Shown: in pieces, positions 39,101-46,476 of the stretch
Layout of the letters: every line of letters begins with the position of its first letter
Position numbering within the stretch: position 1 is the first letter of the stretch
IMG/VR virus record: IMGVR_UViG_3300025131_000014
Location: 1-64,000 of that record
Source: a virus
DNA: 64,000 nt
Reading direction: 5' to 3' (one strand)
The notes under the pieces: model-generated
What the model was told of the DNA's origin: nothing
Seen by the model: only the letters and a program-made list of their open reading frames with translations
Databases searched by the model: none
Made by a program: the position numbers and the translations under genes

Positions 39101-42100
39101 CTTTGAAATCGGTTTATAATATTTCTTATTCTTATTTCTTTTCGTTTTTTAGTTTCACCAGGTCTTTCTTTTGCTGCTTCTAGTTCTTGTTTCATCCCTT
39201 CAAGGCTGAAGGTTTTTCCATTTTTAAGGCCTTTAACTATTTTTTTATAAAGTCCTTCATCTTCTTTAAGTCTTTGTAAAGCATAATCATATAACTGACT
39301 TGCTTTAATGTTTTTGTTACTATTAGCTAAAGTGTCGTAATGATTTAGTACATAAGCATATACACTATCTGATCCTGCAATAAGTTCATCACCTGTAAGG
39401 TCTTTATTTTTTATTCCTGGTAATAGTTTTTCTATAAGTTCATCTAGTTTTTTTGTAGGTTCTTGCTTTGCAGGCATTTCGTCTACATTTTCTAGACTAT
39501 CTCCCCAAATATCAAGTGGAGTAATATCATCATTACCTTCTATTCCATCAAGTATACCTCCATCGCCACTTTCTTGACCATAGTCATCTTCATCTTCTTC
39601 TTCTTCTTCTTCTTTTGTTTTTTCTAGATCTTCCATGAAGTCTGGTTGTGGCCCAAATAGTTCATTAAGAATATCCTCTTCTACTCCGAGTTCGTCACTT
39701 CTTTCTTGATTAGTTTCTTGTTCTACTACTCCTATTTGTTGATATTCTACAGTTGGTTGATCAAAATAGATCCATTCTTTTGTTCCATCAGATAAGGTTA
39801 CTTCTTCTCCACGGAATTTAGATAAAAGGTTCTTTTTTACAAAGGTTTCATATCCTGTGGTTTCATTATTATTACTTGCTTTTCCTTCTATTGAATCTAT
39901 AACATACTCTCCATTCTCTTTTTGAGTTAATATAGGAACGGTAATATTTTTATCTTCTCCTAATTTCTTATAGTTAACAGCAAATTGACTGTTATTTAAA
40001 GCTTCTACTAGCTTATCTTTCTTTTCATGAAAGTGTTCAAGGCTTAAAAAATTCATTGGTTTTGCCCATACATCTTTAATAGTAAACCTAACAGTTAATA
40101 AATTTCCTTCATTATCTGTTCTTATATGAAATTGTCCATAGCCTGTTTTAGCTCTTTCTCCTCTTTCTGCATTTCCATCTTCTGTTGTAAATGCGTGATC
40201 AACTACATATAACTGAACAAACTCTTTTAAAGCATCAGGACTATTAAGAATATCAATTTGTGTCATTGCTTTTATGCCTTTGACTATTTTTTCATTTTCT
40301 TCTCCAATATTTTCAGCTCCCATATGTCCTGCCAACATGAAAATTTCTATTGCTTTGGCAATAGTATTAGCATAAGCTGTTCCATCTACTGCAACTTTTC
40401 CTTTAGTTATAAGATTTTGTATTTCATTAAGTTGTGGAGCCCGTACATAAGCTGCAAAGCTTTGCTTGTCTTGTGGTGTGGGAAGAACAATATATACTGC
40501 TCCGTTAGCTAAATCTTTTCCATTTTTTACATATTCTAAAGAATTCTGTTCAAAGGGAGATTCTCCTCTCATTAATATTCCATTAACTGATACACCTAGT
40601 TTAGCACTTGGTCCTACTACATCTCCTAATTGGGTTTCTTTATATCTACCTGTATGCTCATCTTTTTTATTAAAGATCAGATGTCCTATTCCTTTCTTAC
40701 GTATTTCAATTTCAACTCCTTCCTTTTTTTCAAAGGCATCGAAAGCAGCATTTCTAAAGTCTTGTAATCTTTTAGTTTGTATGGCCCAATTATCTATATC
40801 TAGTTTACGTCCAGTCCAATTAACTACTCTTCTAAATACAAAGTTTGCTAAGGGCACTCCATTGGAGTCAACTTCTACTTTTAGTTTTCCGTCTTTGAGT
40901 GTATATGCAGTACCTGCATCATGGATATACGCAACAGGTTCTCCATTCTTGTTTTTTATAACAAGAGGAGTTCTCATTCTTATTTCTTCTTCTGTAGGAT
41001 TTTCTTTTGCTTTCCACTCACCAAAGGTCATTTCTTCTCTTTGGCCTTTATCATTTATTATAGTACTGGTAATTGGGACTGAATCTGCTGCGGGATCTAC
41101 TTCTACTGTAAAAGTATCTCCTACTTGAAATCTTGTATGTGATTCAATATCATTATGAAGCGTACTACTCTTCTGATCTCCTGTAGATACTGTTCTAATC
41201 GTTCTAACATCCCCATTATCGTCTACTACTTCTTTAAACTCTCTAGCAAGATAAGCCATAGAAAGAGAACTTACTTTTAAGGTTCCTGTTTGTTCTTGTC
41301 CTGTTTCTGCTTTTGTTAATTGATTTATCTCTTCACTTTCATTAAGGTTATTTGTTTCATGATTATCTATATCTTCTTTTGTCAGATTACCATCTCCAGT
41401 ACTTCCTTTCTCAGCATCTTTATAGTCTGTTTTTTCTTTAGGTGTAAATTTAGGGGTAACATTTGGATTATCTTTAGGATCTGGAGTATTGTCAGCGGCT
41501 GCTTTATTAGTTTTTTGGACTTTATTAGCTGTATCTTTAGCTGTTTGAGCTCCTTCTTTTTTTGCTGATTCAAGTTTTTCTTTTCTTTGTTTTTCCAGGT
41601 ATTTTTCCATGGCACCAGGAACAGTCATTTCATCATATTCTTTTTGAAGTACTTCTATTCCTAATTTCTGTGCTTTAACTAAAGCTTTACCATGTACTAT
41701 CCCTGTATATTCTTCCCCTGTAAGTTGAGCAAATTCTTTAAAGCCTTTCATTGCATCAAGAAGTTGTTTACTTTCTCCTTTTTCCCATCCTTCAGTTTTA
41801 GACTGGAAAATCTTATAGAGTTTATGAACAGCTCCAAGAGATTCAGGATCTAACTCTTTTAATAGAGCATCAGCTTCAACTGGATCTTTTTCAGCTTCTA
41901 GTATTTTTGCGGCATAATTTTTAAATACATCCATTATTACACCAGCATGCTTTTCAGCATTTTCAGTACCTTTATCTATCTTATCTTGGATGTGTTTAAG
42001 AGTTTTAGCTCCTGATTCATTTATACGAAGTCCATGTTTTATTCTAACATCTTTTCTAGCTTTTCCTCCATCTTTACGATATGTAGAACCATCTTCAGAT

Positions 42101-44142
42101 CTAGTTTCTTCATGAGCTGTTAAATCTTTTCGTAACTCAACAAGAGCTTCTTCATTAGAATCCCATTCTGTAAAAACATCCATTAATTCAGAAGAAGTTC
42201 CTTCATATCCAGCATTATCTAGTCTTTCGCGAAGTTCATGCTCAAACTTAGTTATCTGTTCTTCTATGTCTACTATACTATCTTTAGAACTTCGTATTTG
42301 TACTTTTTTCCCAAAAACTAAATGAGCATAGCTCATTGTTTCTTGATCTCCCATCCAGTATCTATCTATTGCCTGGTCATAGTCTCCTTGAAGAGTCTTT
42401 AAGTCATTTATTTTTTGTCTGGCTACCTTTTTATAATAAAGCGGGGAATCTTTATTTGTTTCCATTCCTTCTCTTCCTGCATCTGTTTCTCCATCTTCTC
42501 CTACATTTGTATCATCTATACCTTCTATAGCTTCTAGCATAGTAAGATAAACATCAGGAGTTCCATTTTGAAATGCTGAAAAGACTGCTATATTAGAAAG
42601 TGCTTGCTGTGCTTTGGTTATTTTATCCTGATTTCCTTCTGCTACGCCTTCTTCAAGATTAGTATATACTGTACTCAGCTCTTCTCCTTTCTCAATAAGT
42701 TGTCCCAATTCTTTTTGATATGCTTCAGCGATCAGTTCATTTTTAGACTTTAAAGGTTCTAGTCCTTGTTTAGCTCTTTTTATATTCTTATATGTGTGTG
42801 CTACATTATCTATTCCTCCTAAAACCATTGTATTACCCACTCCCCCTAAAAAGCCTAAAGTCATAGCTAAGGTTCCTTCGGGAGATGTAAATGCTTCTGC
42901 TATTCTATCTCCAAATCCAGTATCTTTTTCCCATGCTTGTAAAGTTCCTAAGTTTTTTCTTCCTGTAAATTCTCCTTCTTTTTGAGATATTTCATTTACT
43001 AACTCCTCAGCTGACTCAAATCCTCCTTCTTTTACAAGTCTTCCCATTTGTTTCCAACCTCCTTGCTTTAGAACTTTAGGTTCAAGTTTTAATCTTTTAT
43101 ACCAGTCTGTAAATGTTTCTTTGGTTCCGTTATCTAATGTTTTTAAATTAAACTGTTTAAACATCCCACCTTTCATTGCTTTAGTGGATTTAAAAAGTGC
43201 TCCTACTGCTGTATAGTTCAAAGCAGTATTAAACATGTTCATTCTTACTGTAGTAGCAGCAGCATTAGACGCTTCTTTTTGAGCTGTTTCTTTGTCTTTG
43301 CCAATTTGAATTCCTTCCTTATATACAGTGTCATATACATTTACACCTACCATTATTCCTTCTGTATAGGCTAAACTAGCTGCTGTCATTAATTGGGCAC
43401 CTTGATCGAGTCTTCTTCCCACAAGACCTGCATTTGCTGCAGCTTTAACTCCAAGTTTTCCTTTAGATACAGCACTAGCTAGATGTTTTGCTCCTGCTTT
43501 TAAGCCTGTGCCTACCCCAAAACCTGTTATACCAAACTCTACAATACTTTCTACAAGTCCTCCAAAGTTATTTATCCACCATGCAGAGTCTGAAGGATCC
43601 CACACTTGACTTGGGGAAGTTCTATATATTGGATCCCAAGCTTTCATTCCTTCGCTTCCTTTTCTCATTGACTCTGATAACCAGTTATCGTAATCTGTGT
43701 CGATAATATTCATCATTCCTAGGTAGTTCTGATAATCTCCTATATAACCTACTGTTTCAAGAAGCCCCATAGCTATATTAGGGAGTAATTGATAAGTAAA
43801 CTTTCCTAGTTGTGCTCCACCGCTTTGCCTTTCTGCCCTTAATCTATTAACTGCTGCTACATCTGGATTTCTAAGGTCTGTTCTAATTGTAGTCATGTAA
43901 TCTTCATAACTTTCAAAGTTATCAAGACCTACCATCTTTAAAGTTGTGAGATCATGTCCTTCTGCAGGAGCAGGCAGACCTTTTCTTTTATCATCTCCTA
44001 TTTGTTTTACTTCACTAAGAATTGAAGATAGGTTAGACTTTCTTGGACTTTCTGGGGGATTAACTGTTTTTACATTTCCCTGCTTTGGAGTTTCACTTGA
44101 TAGTCCTGTTTGGACATCAATTATTTCTGCGAGTTTAGCCAT
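24199..44142 (-). CDS. Giant virion RNA polymerase/ejection polyprotein (6647 aa) with accessory enzymatic domains
   Basis: GFRIPFQGHSSM and GSDFDVDKL (DFDxD at 34861-34875) as in crAss-like/phi14:2 gp66 RNAP; HELTH zincin; FVFGSN; NADAR; ART-like and 2H motifs. Confidence 0.92.
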   Translation of the reverse strand: MAKLAEIIDVQTGLSSETPKQGNVKTVNPPESPRKSNLSSILSEVKQIGDDKRKGLPAPAEGHDLTTLKMVGLDNFESYEDYMTTIRTDLRNPDVAAVNRLRAERQSGGAQLGKFTYQLLPNIAMGLLETVGYIGDYQNYLGMMNIIDTDYDNWLSESMRKGSEGMKAWDPIYRTSPSQVWDPSDSAWWINNFGGLVESIVEFGITGFGVGTGLKAGAKHLASAVSKGKLGVKAAANAGLVGRRLDQGAQLMTAASLAYTEGIMVGVNVYDTVYKEGIQIGKDKETAQKEASNAAATTVRMNMFNTALNYTAVGALFKSTKAMKGGMFKQFNLKTLDNGTKETFTDWYKRLKLEPKVLKQGGWKQMGRLVKEGGFESAEELVNEISQKEGEFTGRKNLGTLQAWEKDTGFGDRIAEAFTSPEGTLAMTLGFLGGVGNTMVLGGIDNVAHTYKNIKRAKQGLEPLKSKNELIAEAYQKELGQLIEKGEELSTVYTNLEEGVAEGNQDKITKAQQALSNIAVFSAFQNGTPDVYLTMLEAIEGIDDTNVGEDGETDAGREGMETNKDSPLYYKKVARQKINDLKTLQGDYDQAIDRYWMGDQETMSYAHLVFGKKVQIRSSKDSIVDIEEQITKFEHELRERLDNAGYEGTSSELMDVFTEWDSNEEALVELRKDLTAHEETRSEDGSTYRKDGGKARKDVRIKHGLRINESGAKTLKHIQDKIDKGTENAEKHAGVIMDVFKNYAAKILEAEKDPVEADALLKELDPESLGAVHKLYKIFQSKTEGWEKGESKQLLDAMKGFKEFAQLTGEEYTGIVHGKALVKAQKLGIEVLQKEYDEMTVPGAMEKYLEKQRKEKLESAKKEGAQTAKDTANKVQKTNKAAADNTPDPKDNPNVTPKFTPKEKTDYKDAEKGSTGDGNLTKEDIDNHETNNLNESEEINQLTKAETGQEQTGTLKVSSLSMAYLAREFKEVVDDNGDVRTIRTVSTGDQKSSTLHNDIESHTRFQVGDTFTVEVDPAADSVPITSTIINDKGQREEMTFGEWKAKENPTEEEIRMRTPLVIKNKNGEPVAYIHDAGTAYTLKDGKLKVEVDSNGVPLANFVFRRVVNWTGRKLDIDNWAIQTKRLQDFRNAAFDAFEKKEGVEIEIRKKGIGHLIFNKKDEHTGRYKETQLGDVVGPSAKLGVSVNGILMRGESPFEQNSLEYVKNGKDLANGAVYIVLPTPQDKQSFAAYVRAPQLNEIQNLITKGKVAVDGTAYANTIAKAIEIFMLAGHMGAENIGEENEKIVKGIKAMTQIDILNSPDALKEFVQLYVVDHAFTTEDGNAERGERAKTGYGQFHIRTDNEGNLLTVRFTIKDVWAKPMNFLSLEHFHEKKDKLVEALNNSQFAVNYKKLGEDKNITVPILTQKENGEYVIDSIEGKASNNNETTGYETFVKKNLLSKFRGEEVTLSDGTKEWIYFDQPTVEYQQIGVVEQETNQERSDELGVEEDILNELFGPQPDFMEDLEKTKEEEEEEDEDDYGQESGDGGILDGIEGNDDITPLDIWGDSLENVDEMPAKQEPTKKLDELIEKLLPGIKNKDLTGDELIAGSDSVYAYVLNHYDTLANSNKNIKASQLYDYALQRLKEDEGLYKKIVKGLKNGKTFSLEGMKQELEAAKERPGETKKRKEIRIRNIINRFQSKLIKNVAGATDIEANQERAKKFRALINNFDAIQKVVNEKLGRIGIKIQDSGVVEYLYDLEEGVQEEKDETYIEDGITENYSSKAKLRTDSKKTAPWQIRLILSRLSKITGVEKVNGKVKYIKEKNYLGLDTFVNYEDLYNNLLNILVGTPEDFNSIVRVLKEYALDTGNAQIGALVNYLMHLDKDKNVKNPNQLKSQFVIAFPSKAEVTRVVAQFTPNRNVDGSNKGSKILTFSGDTQNDVNLLVEKWQQNLLSNMEENGLIDLIGGKAYISKDKAKAIYDEYVRLSNEALQSLRQKKGEEYDAQKAQIEVAAKTQEILQLLGIELSAKTALKLVMSPKTTLGRLNQIGGTIDSPTALLHSGGQGRFIKHLFETLLVKPTVIRGSLVLYKGQEYTVKEVKGDKVKLVSHWIAKKNVEPVISFESKNPFRDLTEGQIARIRALAKADVKIGGVSMGTGTRDVTNQLLYKYSDLSKFTEQAKVLLLADSYEPKEKESQPQEIERAAQYVNTLSKMAFQWNSEWLGAFNRLTLGEKITPDMLPPGLNEQEKQIITDIYNKRQGRYINGQSLRNTFRVEIADGISHGIRRGTAAALEQMTPKEMEIYKIGLFQNHGNQTRAKYLYMTPSEHTVIPIIHALRKQVKIAWNEVKDVEEIAGLEEEALDALYDIYEAEMLRIKSFQTLSEKERNKVNSYKDGGDKFIMFPFLNKEQLEENQSDITTSIWDGEGNIIIPLGEEQKASIKSVIARNIIAAINEQVKDWQTMGMFKRTSKEKNGQITYIWEMTGFSEKYMNSLNNRETLGGNTNTPGFTVDTINRRKIKAAAADYVVNYMFAHKEMFQVMSGDPAFYYKKAKKGTFQDTLINTFANLNKRLSEVRASGTKGYWHNPAIINSSVHHRRANHFNIVIANDRDVASKNLAQMTAMSKKLGKAYGANTGFESTDAQMLTTMGEYLTDLMAYGKISDTDFQVLTDKYEKQLAALKKIIAAKKAGDKTAETQARGELEKSKYTDMEMKDVILQPLKPVYTGFKMEQTTRAAITMYLKTSAFPLVPQVVEGLEIENVLLGLEDAGGDALIYVSGVKTGAQGVETIFDKEGNMLSDLKFKNVLSLDRSGYKIQQENPYKGAKEVIREATQGQKMLFENLFGKSKNGTDFDYLRTKFGEVQIKILEKKYNEFLTSVKAVKVKKEIEVEPDVWKEVETIQITDLRKLRKILVEEAMDRGYPLNDLMALGLTDGYTQFELPLGFHMSSFRMEPLVLSLIKNKILKSTLPGNAYIQGSNVGFKGVRGFNELSNSHKSDIVWTPGYNPEDGLNYMLTKDNKVQKAQILVPWTVKDGNGKILRISDYTKKDENGKVVFDSDKVSGDVLDLFGFRIPFQGHSSMAGFEIVGFLPEYMGDLAIVPDEIVTQMGSDFDVDKLRTYKYWTWVTKDGRIVKYASKEHAEDLLIKKEEKRKKAEEEGKTIDEAIKNIDELEAELRESMKGLQNQVIEIYNEVMSTPEAVIKGLTPLDEGKIRIGEIGLELEALKNKNEALPNFITPKAQRDFFFINKDGQTGMGVFSLFNTYLALAQTVDTQFKQVITDPENSKRKLLVPLQIKFKSDDGKEIYEGNKVSDVKLVSRKGTKNDVSSGFQSASMDNGNDQDLHKLNMSGSTFGIALAMISQGFDERYVGTFANQEAVHMWVKAYTTKISKVTEDIIMGRVKASEEAFNEVKEMIKKNGQITEDTDKLYPQDYLDDTFSLKEMKEMIGTAPENKGDNYWNDQLKILEALNVIQTMGEDISAAQNVTNTNQPLRHPGKTMLNALELKQKLVDVMDGEGITYLKGTEQIIGELNQQPNGDVFIFNPNGLIGASAMYGEVLATQLFKELYPYESPVFMQATNSIGELGGIASMNIDRKAEIFTDLKQYLNSLVFDQLFPDESLEDLRKRLLYDEVKERKEEEGKTTIVLARNSLARRVKALQQTEWGKRSKLLKRLYPRLSEDIGNTPSRLEYMASGNEKIEEPDLVREFFAWSQTDQKVPYTDGAEATVSLKKLAYDLIKYTYATGGTQSPRNFFRLIPYPVMMDLGYPEAIRSVASNVALLDTFILGQPLTNPFYYKNPTNFTRQYFQHKPYRTTKISSFDKKNQIKGKEYIKLKGTTAGQSIDGEIPTENEKFITTIEGLGNLGPGKFYAHFLSFRNNETNRWELYEKMGEEKEEGTLGYTVYRRISTLGTRQESEYNPNDPIAISLNTENLPEEIVELSGENTIPPPNTFNSGLKLVGDNLGKDPSEDPSITEVTKGIKNQKEQIIEMLEDIRFNSNSDYHKKMATAYKEVIETLPQNIKVTIKINGTKGPISSGVFRSSFNDQGEYTLAEVSFKREDTGWTSELAPENQRYLEETIIIHELTHFLTLAAINQVRKGIASPETKKIVNQLIKLATHTKDALIAASPDTRVLQGEDTTEEVVTLAQLFGKDGVTEADFIRVKEKSINNQTLTWAESTYIYPLVSINHPVNEFTAGISASKGLRTFMLSHKIPKGYEEGKNIWEKLLSLLADLVGSLKKDNPLAETFEDKSLYEAALNQTLNLVGAQKEFYKDAADIVEDSEFVDRVVTPDLYLGTYPEKTIKNIWDNTYQLKINLRSGLHGKARIERYGQAERDGGVGAVGGTGRTGKFYDAIPLTLEELEAYNNILRDTGYQGGEKEFKERMIEFQRAIADRLNKEYGFNDPTIVPEDSDIEVKEEVAQYYEGDITPEENTIFVFGSNPEGRHGAGAAKKAKDKFGAKYGQGEGLQGNAYALPTKDLRVKENKGLKSISPQQITESIKSLYETARANPNKQFKVAYRNTTKASLNGYTGLEMIDMFNAAGPIPSNIIFSKEWFNTGKLNIGPAQQTSEVEKKGTINVYWGQAESEYSTKILSNLAPREFTWKGREYGSVEHAYQSNKSGTFDQATYNKYVGIGGYGKKIRGKGTVAQMKKTDSLGLMKQLVVESFKQNSNSEAAKKLMQYESFTHNTNQLIDQAFLEGLILAQQELESTQPTQQSSGVKGVKVKKTENIKKGDIEEVPAITEEEKQVRYNQNPKEIAQKQKKVYRGVSLESQYKIDKNGDLTIFAQDNFGGKTTGVSLTPYLDTALDYATRSKSGTSKRVADKGKIIEITDEEIIKQLKFEAWDEIVSKKEIKIKKGKYTIKEYKYEKDKDLVQYERVIGDYVKGKLKEYKDMSIESLIAAKFNNEAQGEIIEHRGTWDEGVGRAAPGASQMIVEEFGGQPDLSVGRIIIDALIAKKFKEEFDSDNKKLEEYLKTKGTEYDGKFIPGEYFQNAYIPSGSWIHYTELAPKYKSSEDIEKPISRLNKYLDMTKRAEEWDSVYDPTPKDTLLNKTYTNAEGQRIEERLPKEIEVTDKYGEKITLKTEYVLIAAENKNKFQLNVGNIISALPIYKEPKEKWPTEWEALLTHIDEFYGEGMYTYMRTFSSLGRANKTPVNKQIVDILEWPEVGAVSDAFDYMDAVLAEYLDREREAGETIKNPITLEQWATKELNKNVTYKNLDQGILPFKELKADDPISDAGIDGNMMGDDFLDAAWGKDDMPKKEAPISLGELKKDALYAAVFISKKVHKTLLETFPAKHKNVHMHHSTIQFMPDQDLINSLPYTQEIPLTVIATVEDEKGQALIIENPQSKVKHPHITVSTIEGVGPKYSNELIKKAIKEGTVNKLATPIVVTGKIGIATKKGEVFYAQKPKAKEVPIRNLSLYNIEKGYGLLNRHGGKKLFTLITTANSRAEQIEAENPGVTAKVFPDSNRGYIIVVTDERPEGDYSTDAMPQKQRKKKRELDSATQIIINSLNNQIKNLERSITRASSLENKGEDPVAPLEARIAKIKEQRDDLLREQTSVETLKIAKEQLDWADKVLHKGGNLSELDSVIKIIKSWKGVMNRVTRETQFHGYNFGDIASQLQDLETRWTHGAREIIGKMVNSSAGLDLAMKDIFGPQFDTGAFAAQTRGAFSSQVPIVRIVDKWLQQAIIKASNEFEGHVKDINVAIEKLNIGPGNIKEKFDKLAQKDENGELTGNLLSRINRSYFQKLWEKRNHINSVKGVGPSNAAYKKHMLWQKENIVAIDIGMLIDGKEIYDPRKTDLGIEQAPTTAQQRKEYREQLIEKLVDGNEERREVATEMIDALLTEQKTLFNKFVENRTEIIEDLKVISVDKDGNFDLRAYEAARDKWDVQNSPFIYNELFNSLTSGGKIPSGAVLKYNFASRYVPSVPAAKHWNKEFEEVMKVPELKEFYDFYVNSMEKFWAYLPDNSDIKKNRIPDLVKDLTEKYSDSALRGIISGANNSMVSLLTDSVEAEIEYGTIETATGQAMPSIPLWMTGETLMPNQKSYDLGKILKAFAAMATNYRHKARVEPQVLLANRLLGTIKAATKTQSGKKQKQGTEGDLMQAEKGLVRAKAQLQYTIEALLYGMTKEPGTPVKILGKQKGFMGNEAKQQFEVIKDAVETFQKDLANDIPYTEAYDNYKNSLKPLPKKVKSFIYAELNKEEKFRKTNKKGDPMLDITDENREAYEDALKTFFQRPVTGQSIGNALITYTQALGMGFNWFSATANLVFGTSAVFRHAAGKSEFTPGNARKAFTTMMGSTINGGKYAPTQLGKKVRALMANFDGLAQVVESMYGSEDSRSGNWLYLLQERSEFFVYGQILVAMMHFNKVKNNQGEEKPLWDAFDENGEWNAKEFPLQNNEGWDKFSDTEEGSAAWLKFKMKFDVTARRIHGNYDRKSPILGKKHVLGRMLFQFRSWVPELWFDRWEDQRWDEALERYTKGTWRSYGTALEKSGAMGFATLMAKQFGLQLIGKDASEFENLDEVDKINMRKNMAEIYFVAALAIALFLLGQIEFEDEDEEEQLYMNMGMTLLLNTFTRVNTEVTFFINPDAMLQMTKGNPAPAIGTLSDILVDMPKAIIQQLMGEGQYKAGVRKGHNKLLKETLELIPLGNQYYKFHYMTHTKMAN

Positions 44143-44151
44143 TTAGTTCTA

Positions 44152-46476
44152 TTATTGTATTTTTATAAAGCGATCACTAATAGGATCATATCCTGTTCCT
44201 GTTTGAGCTGCTCTTTGCTCTTTCCACATTAACCAAGCTATTTTAGTTAATCCATCTGCATCTAAATCATCTTCTTGGGTTTCATCTGTTATCAGTTGTC
44301 CTTCTGGAGTAACTGTTGTTAGTTTTACAGGTTCCCAGTTACCTGGAGAAGCTTCATGCAATAATGTATAGTGGATCTTTCTGTTAGGTGCTATTGCATG
44401 TAGTCTTAATTTTTGTTCATACCCTGGAACAGTATTTACAATTCCTTCATTTCCTGCACTTTTTATTCTTGCCACTACACTTGGAGTTTGTAGTAGTCCT
44501 GTTGCTTCTAAGTTTTTCTTTATGGGATTAGCAGCAACTCTTTCTCCAAGTCTTATTTGTGATGAATTTTTATTCATTTGTCCAGCAGTTATTACTGATT
44601 CTGAAAGTAATCTGGATTCTTCATCTGTTTCAGCAAGATATTCAAAAGGTTTGCTTATTACTTCTTTTCCATCTTTATCATAAGCACTTATCCACATTAC
44701 AGGATTACCATTTGCACTTGCTCCATCTGTAAAGTCTACTCTTATCTTACTTCGATCAACCTTAGTACCTCCATCGGTTTTAGCTTCTAAGAAATCTCCT
44801 AATGTTTCTCCCCCTTCCAATGATTTGAATATAGTTGCACTACTTTGTGCATTATCTTGAATCAAGTCTCTCATTCTTCCTAGTTTAGAGGCAGATGAAG
44901 GATTTATAATTGTTACATTAGAAGCAAGTCCTTCTTCTTCCATTGCAAAATCTCCAAAGTCTGAAACTACTTCATCATATAGCATTTGCATTTGGAAACG
45001 AGCATCTGCGTGTCCAAATTGTCCTTCTCCTGTGCCTTCTCCAGGATATACTTGTTTTCTTCCCCATGGAGTTGCAATTCCTCCTGTAGGATTTCTAAAG
45101 CCTAAAAAGTCAGTAACTGTGTCCCATACAGATCCTGCGGCACTTGAAGGATCGATTTTAAATTTATTTTGAACTATTGCCTCTTCTAAATCTCTAGCAT
45201 TATTGATCTGTATTACTTGTTTCTTTCCATTTTCATCTTCAAAAGTCATTTGTCCATCATTTCCTATCCATTTATCAACTTTAAGATCAGCATACTTATC
45301 ATACCAGTAATCAGGATTTTTAGCTCTTTGGGCTTCACTTACTCCCTGTAAAAATTGGTCAGTTTGTTGTAATTGTTGTATTAGTCCTTCATACTCATTA
45401 TAGAGTTCTCTTGCTCCTATATTATCTTGATTATCTCTTTTCCATTTTGCGATATCAGCACTCTTATTATCTAAATCAAGTCCCGCTTCTTTTAACTTGT
45501 TTTTTGTTTGTCTTAATAGAAGGTCATTTGATCTTCTTGTATTAAAAGCTGTTGATACATCTGTTCCTGATATTTTATGTATGGGTGAAGTAGCCATAGT
45601 CATCTCACCTGCTCCTTTTATTCTTTCTGCATAATCTGGATCTGCACCTACATTTCCTATTTCTCTATCATTTCTTGTAAAAGGAGCTGCAATATCCTGA
45701 GATCTTCCTACTACATATTCTTCAAATGTGTCAAGACTTTCAGGCATTTCTTTTCCTGCTCGAGCATGTTGATCTTTTGCAACTAAGTACTCATCTTCAA
45801 GTGCAGCTCTTGCCATTGAAGACATTCCTGAATACATTGCGTCTCTTACTCTTGCAAGACTTGTATCAGTTTTCTTTATAGTATATCTGTATTTACCGTC
45901 TTCTTGTATTTCTCCTGTTCTTATATAAGGTTTTATTTTATCTCCTATATCTCTTAGTTCTTTTTGATAGTCATAATAGCCTGATACTCCTGACCAGGTA
46001 GCATCTCTATCATATTCACCTTTTTTATTATAATCTCTTATACTATGATCGAAGAAATAGCTTTGTTCAGGAGTAATTTTTCCATTCTTTTTCTTCATTT
46101 CTTTAAGCTCTTTCAATGCTGATTGGTATTGTCCATATCTTTGAGTAATGGCTTGTACGTCTTCGTCTCTTGCAAATCCAGTTATATAATTATTGATATC
46201 GTTAATAGCATCTCCTTTAGTAAGATCTTCTTGGGACATTGTTTGGACAAATTTATTAAATTCTTCCATTTTTTCTGCTCTTAACTTTTCATCTGGTCCA
46301 GCTCCAGGAGTAGCTTGGAACATTTCATCCATTTTTGCTTCAGAATCTCTTAAGGTCTTTATAGATTGTGCTTGTCGTTGCTCTTTCATTTGCATAGCCT
46401 GAAAAAGCTCCTGGAAAGGGAGCTTGTAACTATAGTCAATGATAGGTGCTACTGGATGTCTGTAATATCTTCCCAT
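44152..46476 (-). CDS. Virion cargo/ejection protein
   Basis: Immediately upstream of the RNAP gene; helical N-terminus MGRY...YKLPFQEL typical of this crAss-like position. Confidence 0.65.
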   Translation of the reverse strand: MGRYYRHPVAPIIDYSYKLPFQELFQAMQMKEQRQAQSIKTLRDSEAKMDEMFQATPGAGPDEKLRAEKMEEFNKFVQTMSQEDLTKGDAINDINNYITGFARDEDVQAITQRYGQYQSALKELKEMKKKNGKITPEQSYFFDHSIRDYNKKGEYDRDATWSGVSGYYDYQKELRDIGDKIKPYIRTGEIQEDGKYRYTIKKTDTSLARVRDAMYSGMSSMARAALEDEYLVAKDQHARAGKEMPESLDTFEEYVVGRSQDIAAPFTRNDREIGNVGADPDYAERIKGAGEMTMATSPIHKISGTDVSTAFNTRRSNDLLLRQTKNKLKEAGLDLDNKSADIAKWKRDNQDNIGARELYNEYEGLIQQLQQTDQFLQGVSEAQRAKNPDYWYDKYADLKVDKWIGNDGQMTFEDENGKKQVIQINNARDLEEAIVQNKFKIDPSSAAGSVWDTVTDFLGFRNPTGGIATPWGRKQVYPGEGTGEGQFGHADARFQMQMLYDEVVSDFGDFAMEEEGLASNVTIINPSSASKLGRMRDLIQDNAQSSATIFKSLEGGETLGDFLEAKTDGGTKVDRSKIRVDFTDGASANGNPVMWISAYDKDGKEVISKPFEYLAETDEESRLLSESVITAGQMNKNSSQIRLGERVAANPIKKNLEATGLLQTPSVVARIKSAGNEGIVNTVPGYEQKLRLHAIAPNRKIHYTLLHEASPGNWEPVKLTTVTPEGQLITDETQEDDLDADGLTKIAWLMWKEQRAAQTGTGYDPISDRFIKIQ

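Noticed and set aside
39580-39615. TTC repeats (also ~47200-47310)
   Set aside because: They encode poly-Glu/Asp linkers; low-complexity coding sequence, not a repeat element
21677-44142. Introns or inteins in polA or the RNAP gene
   Set aside because: Both ORFs are continuous, PolA motif spacing is normal, and no Hint or LAGLIDADG motifs were recognised
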